Positions 17,808 through 26,110 of a stretch of 64,000 nt of DNA are shown piece after piece. Origin of the DNA: a virus (taxonomy: Duplodnaviria > Caudoviricetes); the IMG/VR virus record IMGVR_UViG_3300032272_000008, positions 1-64,000 of that record. One strand, given 5' to 3'. The notes under the pieces are model-generated. The model ran no database searches and was not told the DNA's origin. It worked only from the letters and a program-made list of their open reading frames with translations. Numbering within the stretch: position 1 is the stretch's first letter; every line of letters begins with the position of its first letter. The translations under genes and the position numbers were made by a program.

Positions 17808-17914
17808 GGGAAACTCCTGTGTCTTGAGTAAAGGTCGGGAGAGGCAGGTATAGGCGACCAAACCCTCTGCACTCTCCCTTGCGCGAGGGAAAGGAATTAA
17901 ACCTCGCGCTGTTC

Positions 17915-19432
17915 TTAGATGCCCCAGGTATCTATGTTGGGATCATCGTGATCGTAATCTGCCGCAGGGTTCTCACGCTTCTGGCGAAGCTGGATGCGGA
18001 ATTCTTCGACGGCTCGCTCGTCTTCTTCATGACCAAGGCGTTGCAGTTCCTCTTGATACCGTTCTTCTGCGATGCGCTTGGCTTCTGCTTCGATGGCGCG
18101 CTGTTTGTATTCACGCGCTTCAGCTTGTCGAGCGTCTTCGATTGCAAGATTTTCAGCAATCTCCTTGGCCGCTAATGCGTCAGCTTCATCTCGGCGCTCC
18201 ACCTCTTCTCGGACTTCAGCTGCAACGAATTCCGCTTCAATCCTATCTGCGGCTGCCTGCGCGTCTTCCGTGTCGGCGTCGTAGCAGGTACATTCGTCGA
18301 TATACTCGCCGCAGTCGGAGCAGTCATCTTCGTAATCTTGGTAATCTTCGTAATCTTTCTCGTCCAATTGCTCTGCGGAGTTGGCGGGAGTTTCAGTTGC
18401 CAATTCAGTTTCGAAGCCTCCGCCAAGGTCATAGAGAGGTTTCATTCCCTCCGTTGGCAGAGGACTTCTTGAGACAGGATCATCAAGAATCATCATTGGT
18501 TCTGGGACAGGACCGTAGTCGTCATTGAACTCGTCGTCCATGACGATCGTGTGTGTGGTCTCAGGTGCCTGGAAAGCAGAGATGCCCACAGTGCCGCCAG
18601 TGATCAATGGAGTGCCCTTGAAGAAGTCTTTGCACTCTTCCTGCGGAACTTCACCGATGACTTTGTATTCGCACGCACGGCCTTTCTGATAGTTGTAGTC
18701 GCGAGGAATGGCACACACATTCATTGGGTCGATTTCGACCACAACAACTTTGTTCTCTCCGCCACTGCCATAGTGGCTCAGGTATTCAAAGCCACAGAAA
18801 TGAAGGCCGTTGCTGCACTCTCTGTCACGGTCACTGTCAACCGCTGCCCGTTCCATCTTGACGACGAGACCAGGGGCGTTGCTGATCTTGGTGCCGCCAG
18901 GACCCTGGTGGATCGACGTGTAGTCACCAGCCACTTTCTTGAACGCAATCAGGTTGCCTTCGGAAGTGATTGGAAGCTGTGCGCCTTCCATCCATTCGAA
19001 CAGTTCTGCGCCGATGTCTGTCTTTGGGTTCAGCATGATCTTGTTCATGAACTTGGCAAGCGGAGCCACGTCGAGACCTTGGTGAAGGTGCTGCATGATG
19101 CGCTCTGCGACGAGGTTGTGGACAGGCTGGTCGGCATACAGGACACCTTTGTCTGTGACCTTGACGAGACCTTCGGTCAGGCGAGTGATGTACGCGGGGA
19201 TGTCCAGCAAGTCACGCAGCTTGGAGACAGCTTTCTCAATGCGTTGATCTCTGGTGCCATACAGTTGGCGAGCGACGAAGCCCAGCTCTGGTGCAGAGTG
19301 CATTTTGTCAATGTCCGTGAGGACTTTCCTCACTCGGAGGAAATTGATATGTGAAGAAGGAATTATCCGCATGCGGCCTTCGAAGAAGATGCTGATGGAT
19401 TTGGGAGTGATCGATGCTGGAACTCGGGTCAT
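17915..19432 (-). CDS. rIIB: rIIB-like protein with long acidic C-terminal extension
   Basis: AFKKV..DY..IH, VDSDRDRECSNGLHFC...YL..YG, VEIDP..VCAIP.DYN..KGRAC.YKVIGE. Confidence 0.88.
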   Translation of the reverse strand: MTRVPASITPKSISIFFEGRMRIIPSSHINFLRVRKVLTDIDKMHSAPELGFVARQLYGTRDQRIEKAVSKLRDLLDIPAYITRLTEGLVKVTDKGVLYADQPVHNLVAERIMQHLHQGLDVAPLAKFMNKIMLNPKTDIGAELFEWMEGAQLPITSEGNLIAFKKVAGDYTSIHQGPGGTKISNAPGLVVKMERAAVDSDRDRECSNGLHFCGFEYLSHYGSGGENKVVVVEIDPMNVCAIPRDYNYQKGRACEYKVIGEVPQEECKDFFKGTPLITGGTVGISAFQAPETTHTIVMDDEFNDDYGPVPEPMMILDDPVSRSPLPTEGMKPLYDLGGGFETELATETPANSAEQLDEKDYEDYQDYEDDCSDCGEYIDECTCYDADTEDAQAAADRIEAEFVAAEVREEVERRDEADALAAKEIAENLAIEDARQAEAREYKQRAIEAEAKRIAEERYQEELQRLGHEEDERAVEEFRIQLRQKRENPAADYDHDDPNIDTWGI

Positions 19433-19518
19433 GATGGTCCTTTCATTGGGTTGTTCTATTCTCTGACACTCTTGTACGAGCGTACCGGGCCGGTGTCTAC
19501 TTTTAAATAGACGCTTGG

Positions 19519-21750
19519 TTAACTGGCCCGATCAACTGTCTCGATATACTCAGCCATATGAGACAGCTTATCTCCCTCGACCTTCTTCACGCCACCATAA
19601 TACTTCTTCGTCAGATCCATGTACTGAAGCATCGGATAGCGGCTTACCACTTCTTCCCATGCTTTCTCTTTCGTTTCTTCGCTGATAATCTTTGCAAAGC
19701 ACGCCCGTTCGGCTTCATTCATCAAAACAGGAACGTTCAGCTGTTCTGCCAATCGTCTCAGATTATTGACATTGCCTTCACGAGCAAGTTTTCGCTCGAT
19801 GATTTTCAACTTGATAGTCGCCTCACGAAGCGCACCACGATGTGTCGGAAGGACACCTTTCTGGATCAGTGCACCACATAGTTCATGTATGTGCGTTTCG
19901 CCAGTAAATTCTCCCTTCTCATTCAACAGCATGATCAGTTCCGGTGTCATCCGTGACTCGACAACTTCCTGCAAGATAGGACGCAGTCTCTGCCATTTAC
20001 CACCGGCTCGCTCAATTTTCTTACGATGCGTCGCAGGGATCTGAACAATCTTCGTGTCCGCATCGATCTTTCCTACTGCAAGCAGGAAGGCGTGTGCCTG
20101 GGCAAAATCATAATCGGACCACATGTAGTTGAAGTCATTCATTCGGCCACGTGTCGTCTCAATGTAGAGCACGTTGTCATCGTCTGACGAGATGTCAGAA
20201 GAAATCCAGTTCATGCTGCTCGGCCCCGTTATGTGGGCTTCCTTGCATTTCACCGTGGCACGTGTGTACTGTGCCCGCGCTTCCTTCGGAGCTTCTGGCA
20301 GCTCAGACACGATGTGCAGCGCACCTTTATCAGGGCGACCAGCCATGATCATGAAACGTGCTGCTTGACTTGTGTTTGCGTCACACTTCACCCAGACGCA
20401 ACGCTTGGTGCCGAAGTTGTTTCCGACTACGTGGTTGTGACGGAAGTGGTGTGCGATGTTCAAGCCGCGACCACGTGTGTTTTTGCCGTCACCGACGATG
20501 TCCAAGTAGATGATGTCTTTGCCAGGACGTAGAAAAGCAGTACCGTTATGCGCCCACTTGCCGTCCCAGGCATTCTTGTGCCGTGCCGTCAGACCATTAA
20601 TCGACTGGCGATCAGTAACTTGCATCACACGGCGACCCAACATCTCGCGTTCTTTTACCCTGAAGTGTATTTCGTCCGTCAATTTCCGGCCTTGGAACTT
20701 CAATGTGCTGCCCAAGATTCGCGAGACGGTGTCGCTGATTGACTTGTCCGCCATGATCTCTTGGTATTTGGCCGTAGCCTCCCACCGTGTTTTACAACTG
20801 TTGAACTCCGCTACGAACTGTTCTGTGACCTCTTTATATGCGGAGGCAGCGCGCTTAACAATGTTGGCCTGCGTCTCGGGGTCGTATGAGAGGCCTTCAC
20901 GTGAGGCTGCGATGTCCACTTCACCGATAGGGAAGTCGATGATTGTGTTCGCTTGCAGGATGATCTTTGTTGGCTCATCGCAATCTTTGATCGAGTTCGG
21001 ATCAATTGGGTAGAGGACGCAGCCTTGGCGAGCGAACGCTTGTGCGCTTGCATAGCGGTCTGGGTTGACGTAGAAGCTCCAGCCATCACCCGTATAGAGT
21101 GTTTCGATGTTGCGCTTCTCTTCAAAAATTTCTCGTTCACGATCGGGGACGTCGATGTTTGGTTGCACTGGGAAGCCACGAGCAACCTCGCCAGTTTTCT
21201 GGGCGAACTCTCTGACGTCCATTGTGTCAACCGGGAAGGAGACCTCGACGCCTTGCGGTTCCGTAGACGGTGAGCGATCCATGAGGTCGATACATGGGCA
21301 GCGCTCGCGGTCGAGGTAGGCGGAGTAGACGCGGACTTCGCCGTCCAACCAAACAGTGACCGTGAAAGCGTCCGTATACGCATAAGGACTTTTCGAACCA
21401 AGGCCCAACATGCCGACTGCATCATTTGTTTGTTCCTTTGTGCTTTCGAACACAGTCGAGTACAGCCCCATGACTGTCTCATGTGTCATGGAAATGCCGT
21501 AGTCCCGGACTGAGAAGTGTGGTTCGAATAGGGATGGAAGGTGGACATCAAACGGGACATCGCTCTTGCCTGCTTCAGCGTGGCTGTCGAAAGCGTTCGA
21601 CCAAAGCTCACGGATGGCGGCGCGCGGCTTGTCTGAGTACAGGCCGTCGATGAGGATTTTGAAGGCTTTGCCGCTGGCAGCAATTTTGAATTTAGTTGTT
21701 TCAGCGGTGCCGATGGTCTGAACGTCACGTTCTTCGATATTCATACGCAT
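19519..21750 (-). CDS. rIIA: rIIA-like protein (GHKL ATPase N-terminus)
   Basis: AFKILIDGLYSDKPRAAIRELWSNAFDSH, VRDYG, GMLGLGSKSPYAYTD; AAGGA RBS before ATG 21750; adjacent to rIIB. Confidence 0.9.
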   Translation of the reverse strand: MRMNIEERDVQTIGTAETTKFKIAASGKAFKILIDGLYSDKPRAAIRELWSNAFDSHAEAGKSDVPFDVHLPSLFEPHFSVRDYGISMTHETVMGLYSTVFESTKEQTNDAVGMLGLGSKSPYAYTDAFTVTVWLDGEVRVYSAYLDRERCPCIDLMDRSPSTEPQGVEVSFPVDTMDVREFAQKTGEVARGFPVQPNIDVPDREREIFEEKRNIETLYTGDGWSFYVNPDRYASAQAFARQGCVLYPIDPNSIKDCDEPTKIILQANTIIDFPIGEVDIAASREGLSYDPETQANIVKRAASAYKEVTEQFVAEFNSCKTRWEATAKYQEIMADKSISDTVSRILGSTLKFQGRKLTDEIHFRVKEREMLGRRVMQVTDRQSINGLTARHKNAWDGKWAHNGTAFLRPGKDIIYLDIVGDGKNTRGRGLNIAHHFRHNHVVGNNFGTKRCVWVKCDANTSQAARFMIMAGRPDKGALHIVSELPEAPKEARAQYTRATVKCKEAHITGPSSMNWISSDISSDDDNVLYIETTRGRMNDFNYMWSDYDFAQAHAFLLAVGKIDADTKIVQIPATHRKKIERAGGKWQRLRPILQEVVESRMTPELIMLLNEKGEFTGETHIHELCGALIQKGVLPTHRGALREATIKLKIIERKLAREGNVNNLRRLAEQLNVPVLMNEAERACFAKIISEETKEKAWEEVVSRYPMLQYMDLTKKYYGGVKKVEGDKLSHMAEYIETVDRAS

Positions 21751-21900
21751 TCTGTTGTTCCTTTTCGGTTGGTCATTCGCGTTTCGTTGAAATGAATATG
21801 TCAGAACCTTTCCCCTGACGCAATTCCTTGATATTGACATAGTTAATAGGACGTGACATTGTAGGCACAACCCTTCCAAAACCTTATAAGGTGTACTTTT

Positions 21901-22878
21901 ATGACAACTCTCGCCCCACATCTCGTTGTAACGGAACTTGCCGACAGCACGGACTGCGACCGGGTTGTAGATCCTGGAAAATATTCTGTTGTCACGCCTG
22001 GAAATGGGCCTAGTGGTGACAATTTCATCATAGAAGTGCTGAAGACAACCATTTCCGGCATTAGTGTTGTGATGCAGCGCGCCTTCGCACAGAGCACCAA
22101 CGGCGTCTATGTACGCTTCTTGAATGCTGGTGCGTGGACCACCTGGACACAAGCGGGCGGCGCAGCCGCTGCTTCAAGTGTTTTCACCTTCGATCCCGAC
22201 CTGCTAACCAGATCTATGGCTGCTCCGAGTTGGTCATCAGCCACAGCGGCTACTACACACCTGGGAGCTATTTTAGATAACTCCAACTTTACAGGTCTTG
22301 AAGACGACGCAATTCCTTATCGTGCGCAACCGAATATTAGACTGCAACCTACAGCAGGTAATTTCAACGGCGGCAACATCTACACCAGAGATATGGGATT
22401 GTTTCGAGCGCAGGGTTTCCGTACCCGTCAGCGATTTGCTGTAGGTGCGACCCTTCAACCGAATCATCGTATTTTTGTTGGACTATCTTCTGGCGGCATT
22501 GTTCTGAATAACCCGACAACAAATGACAATTTGATCGGATTGTATTTGGACGCTAATGCTGATCCTGATTGGCAAATTCTATCCAACGCTACAGGCACAT
22601 CCCAAACACCAGTAAACGGTGTAACAGGATTTACAGCGGTTGCAGGACAGTTCTTAGAGGTTTGTTTCTATTCTGAGGCTGGTGGCGCAGGGATTGAGTA
22701 TAAGGTTACCAATCTTGCGGACTCAGCGGAATACTCTGGAGAAATAACTTCGGAACTACCGACTGCAACGCCAGCAAGCGGGGAGTCGCTCAGTTGCACC
22801 ACTGAGACCAACAACGGCGACCACGCCTCAAACGTAGCAGAAGCTTTCTTCCACTATTCGATGGCGCAGGCACTTTAA
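21901..22878 (+). CDS. Putative tail fibre / virion surface protein
   Basis: Pyocin-knob-like QRAF...YVRFLNAGAWTTWT motif followed by a beta-rich, lectin-like region. Confidence 0.5.
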   Translation: MTTLAPHLVVTELADSTDCDRVVDPGKYSVVTPGNGPSGDNFIIEVLKTTISGISVVMQRAFAQSTNGVYVRFLNAGAWTTWTQAGGAAAASSVFTFDPDLLTRSMAAPSWSSATAATTHLGAILDNSNFTGLEDDAIPYRAQPNIRLQPTAGNFNGGNIYTRDMGLFRAQGFRTRQRFAVGATLQPNHRIFVGLSSGGIVLNNPTTNDNLIGLYLDANADPDWQILSNATGTSQTPVNGVTGFTAVAGQFLEVCFYSEAGGAGIEYKVTNLADSAEYSGEITSELPTATPASGESLSCTTETNNGDHASNVAEAFFHYSMAQAL

Positions 22879-22893
22879 TCAAAACAGGATAAG

Positions 22894-23499
22894 GTGATGA
22901 AGCCTTCCAACATCATGCCGGAGGGGGCGAATATGGACCACCCTCCGCGTGAGGACGGGTGGTATATCTATCACAACCCGGTCAATGGTCCAAATGGATC
23001 ATCGACTGGGTTCTTCTGTCTCTACAGCTATGCTGCAAAGATGAACGGCGCGCATCGCGCAGTGCAGTTCATGATTGATTTAGGGACTGGCTGTCTGTTT
23101 GTTCGGTCAGGGGCGACAGGGTCTTCTGCATGGACGATGTGGCGGGAAGTTAGCGACCAAACACACATGCAAGTTGTAGAGGACCAGATTGCGTCCATTA
23201 ACGATTTCATCGACACACACCTTGCCAACAACCCAACATCCGTCTATCGATGGCAGTATCAGCGTGCGGTGTGGCAGGTCATGCCGAGAAACGAGTACGA
23301 GCATGGTACGTGGCAAAAGCACATTGATGATGCACAGATGACCGCTGGACGAAAGCGGCGTATGCGCTTCTATATCCTTGAATCCAACGTAATCCGACGA
23401 TCGCACGGCCTGACCAAGCGTTTTGAAAACGAGGTCCTTGGTGCGACGCAAGACCAGAAAGACCACATATGGAAAGTCGCTCCAACGATACGCCTTTAA
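22894..23499 (+). CDS. Putative tail-fibre-associated protein
   Basis: Knob-like AVQFMIDLGTGCLFVRSG..SSAWTMWREV; tandem with the previous gene. Confidence 0.5.
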   Translation: MMKPSNIMPEGANMDHPPREDGWYIYHNPVNGPNGSSTGFFCLYSYAAKMNGAHRAVQFMIDLGTGCLFVRSGATGSSAWTMWREVSDQTHMQVVEDQIASINDFIDTHLANNPTSVYRWQYQRAVWQVMPRNEYEHGTWQKHIDDAQMTAGRKRRMRFYILESNVIRRSHGLTKRFENEVLGATQDQKDHIWKVAPTIRL

Positions 23500-23939
23500 G
23501 TGACCTGATCATCCCGTACCAGAACGCGCATAAGATGTTCGTCCACCTGGATGCTCCATTGGAGGGTTCAGATTCTCCGGTGTATGCGTCCTATGAGTAC
23601 GCTATTGTTCGGCTTCCTGAACTGGCGCAGTTTAAGATGTACCACGACAGCTCTACGTTCATCACTGAAGGAATACAGACAGAGACGGGCGATCGACTGG
23701 TCGCTCTTTTGATGTGGGTCAATCTGCTCAACGATTTCTGGGAACGGTGCGGAATCTCAGGCACCTGTCCTCAGTACGTTGCCATGTATCACATCGTTGA
23801 AGCACAAAGCTTTCGACACCAGATCTTGCAAAAACTGGCGAGCACCAAACCTCATCGACGCGCAGGAAAGAAGTCTCAGAAAATCAAAAGTCCAAAGCTT
23901 ACTTCGGTGGATGCTGGTCGGGCGTTTGGTTTCCACTAG
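23469..23939 (+). CDS. Hypothetical protein
   Basis: Fills the gap in the + strand operon; start uncertain (23469 or 23535). Confidence 0.45.
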   Translation: MESRSNDTPLSDLIIPYQNAHKMFVHLDAPLEGSDSPVYASYEYAIVRLPELAQFKMYHDSSTFITEGIQTETGDRLVALLMWVNLLNDFWERCGISGTCPQYVAMYHIVEAQSFRHQILQKLASTKPHRRAGKKSQKIKSPKLTSVDAGRAFGFH

Positions 23940-24111
23940 GCTTGCAATCGAGCAATGTTCTCTCTGCTACGTACACTGAGAAATATCCCACAGCTGCGAC
24001 GCAGCCCCATTCCAAAAGCTCAGGAAGTGACATCGGACCCAACAGAAATGTTCCCACAAGGACGCCTGCAAGACTTGCAATTACCAATGCGATTATAAGG
24101 TGCTTCAGCAT
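23899..24111 (-). CDS. Small two-TM membrane protein, coupled to holin
   Basis: Two hydrophobic helices; start overlaps the holin stop. Confidence 0.6.
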   Translation of the reverse strand: MLKHLIIALVIASLAGVLVGTFLLGPMSLPELLEWGCVAAVGYFSVYVAERTLLDCKPSGNQTPDQHPPK

Positions 24112-24518
24112 TATTCTGCCTTGTCGTCGTGAGTATGGGTTTCTGTTTTACCGTCGTTATTCTTATGAGTGTGCGGTGCGGGGCCGGGGACACTGTTCTT
24201 GTAATGGTTGCGGGCGGCTTCAGCTACCCAATCGAGAGCCTGTGTTCCGACATAACCACCAATGCCTGCGGCGATCAGTGCCCAATCCGGATTGAGCTTG
24301 AGCATGACCTGCGCGATCATGTAACCAGAGAACCCTGATACAAGTGCGTGTCCGATTAGTAGACCAAATTTAGGAGCCTGACCTGACTTGAGGTAGCTAT
24401 CCAGGTAGCGCGCAATGCCACCCATAATCGCCAGAATTACCCAAGCAAGTTCCGGCCACGATTCAAGAAATCTCATGGTGGGTGCTTTATCAAATGTTGC
24501 TGCCACAGCGTTCTGCAT
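24111..24518 (-). CDS. Holin (LydA-like, three TM)
   Basis: LAIMGGIARYL..., ALVSGFSGYM, AAGIGGYVGTQALDW; charged C-tail. Confidence 0.75.
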   Translation of the reverse strand: MQNAVAATFDKAPTMRFLESWPELAWVILAIMGGIARYLDSYLKSGQAPKFGLLIGHALVSGFSGYMIAQVMLKLNPDWALIAAGIGGYVGTQALDWVAEAARNHYKNSVPGPAPHTHKNNDGKTETHTHDDKAE

Positions 24519-24684
24519 GTGTGAGTTTCCATATACATCAAATGAGCGGAATTGTATACCCGTCCACCGGTGCGTTAACCTTGATTCTTGTTTCCACTTC
24601 CATTTTATGGCGTACCTGTCAACCTATAATAACTTGGCACAGAAGCAAAGGAAAAAGTTATGACAAAATCGCGCAGGAGGTCAC

Positions 24685-24972
24685 ATGATACCGACACTTG
24701 ATTTCGGATCTCGAAAAAGCTATGGTCCAAACCGTCAACAAGTAGCCAAGAAAGGCCACGTGACGAAGATCATGCAACATCGCAAACAGCTTCTAACCAC
24801 GACTCAACCGTACGTTCCCTCCGAATTTGATGATGAAGGAGAGCCCCGACCGCTTCGAATATGCACCGTTTGCGCCGGTTGTGTCCCTGATGACGACCCT
24901 GGTGTTGAGACTGAAAACGGATCAGAATGTTCCGTCCACAGTGACCCGATGGGGTTCGCTTATGGCCGATAA
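24685..24972 (+). CDS. Hypothetical protein with Cys cluster
   Basis: AGGAGG RBS; CTVCAGC...C..H. Confidence 0.6.
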   Translation: MIPTLDFGSRKSYGPNRQQVAKKGHVTKIMQHRKQLLTTTQPYVPSEFDDEGEPRPLRICTVCAGCVPDDDPGVETENGSECSVHSDPMGFAYGR

Positions 24973-25204
24973 CGTCAAGTGGAACTGGACCAAAATAACC
25001 AAAGCTACACTCCCGCCCGACGATCGTTACTTCATGACATGGTCGGAAGAAGACATACCCCCCGTGGCGGTGTGTCGCACCTACAAATTCGACGGGGGTG
25101 ATCGCTATATCCTCTATGCCGATGAACTTTTGTGCGATGTCGCACCAGAAGGTCCTGTTGGGGCAACCCATTGGGCAGAGTACCCGGAAGGACCTACAGA
25201 TTGA
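24962..25204 (+). CDS. DUF551-like small protein
   Basis: C-terminal THWAEYPEGP resembles the THW..LP.PP signature. Confidence 0.5.
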   Translation: MADNVKWNWTKITKATLPPDDRYFMTWSEEDIPPVAVCRTYKFDGGDRYILYADELLCDVAPEGPVGATHWAEYPEGPTD

Positions 25205-25728
25205 CAACCATCCTCTTGACTGAAGATATGATCGGCTGGGATGACCAGCTGACATTCGGCGACCAGAAGCATGCTTGCTCGTTCGAGAAAGTTTTCGTTG
25301 ATGCCAACGGTGTCTGGGCTTTTGCCGGGTCACCTTCAAATGCCTTGCGCGCTATTAAAGGCATCGTGGCGGGAGAATTCTTCACTGAAATTCCCGGCCT
25401 CATGGAGTCGGCGGTCGGCGGCGAGAATCCGTTTGAGATCTTCCGTATGTGGGAAGGCTTGGACGGCGAGCGTCACATCCGGTACTGGTCGGAAGACAAC
25501 ATCTATGGCTTCACGCCTCCGTTACCGATGGCGCTGGGCACAGGTTCCTCTTTTGTTCTCGGTGCGTACTATGGTGCGGAACGGAATGTGACCGTCGCGA
25601 TGAAGTTGGCAGTCGAGCACGACGCATACTCTGGTGGTGAAGTTCATGTGGACAGCACACTGGCGATGTGGGACAAGCACTTGTTGGCGAAGAAACGCCG
25701 CAAGGAAGCTGCGTTGTCTACAGAATAA
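25201..25728 (+). CDS. HslV/proteasome-beta-like Ntn hydrolase
   Basis: AAGGA RBS + TTG gives (M)TTI; D.Q.T, EK, FAGS, ALGTGSSFVLGA, AV.HD.YSGG.V. Confidence 0.65.
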   Translation: MTTILLTEDMIGWDDQLTFGDQKHACSFEKVFVDANGVWAFAGSPSNALRAIKGIVAGEFFTEIPGLMESAVGGENPFEIFRMWEGLDGERHIRYWSEDNIYGFTPPLPMALGTGSSFVLGAYYGAERNVTVAMKLAVEHDAYSGGEVHVDSTLAMWDKHLLAKKRRKEAALSTE

Positions 25729-25774
25729 TTCTCCTTATATATCATGACCTTAGCCTGAGAGGTGCGCTTGACTT

Positions 25775-26110
25775 ATGTCTGAAATCTTTTTCTCCACTGT
25801 TCCCTTCCCTGGTCTATCCAATGATGAAGTGATGCTGGAACCTACTTTTTCTGTAGGTGATCCGGTATGGACGTACGCGCGACGAGGTACGTCAACGCCT
25901 GAACCGATACTCGGCTTCGTGATGCATTCATTCACGATGGAGGGTCACTATCCCCCTGTGAAATATGTCGTGCAACACAACGGTGTGCTGTGTCTTCGGG
26001 ACAGCTACACGATGGCAAAGAAATTGGATGACGTGAAAGTCAAGATGCTGGCCGAGGCCAGTGATCTTCGCGCACGTGAAGCATTGAAGGAATACACTTA
26101 TGACGACTGA
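25775..26110 (+). CDS. Hypothetical protein (111 aa)
   Basis: Operon position; overlaps the primase start. Confidence 0.55.
   Translation: MSEIFFSTVPFPGLSNDEVMLEPTFSVGDPVWTYARRGTSTPEPILGFVMHSFTMEGHYPPVKYVVQHNGVLCLRDSYTMAKKLDDVKVKMLAEASDLRAREALKEYTYDD

Noticed and set aside
21751-22152. 134-aa N-terminal extension of rIIA in the ORF track
   Set aside because: It overlaps the + strand gene at 21901 and the divergent promoter region; a good RBS precedes ATG 21750.
24602-24630. Consensus promoter from TATAAT (24625) and reverse TTGACA (24617-24622)
   Set aside because: Neither hexamer has a partner at 16-18 bp spacing, so no specific promoter was called.
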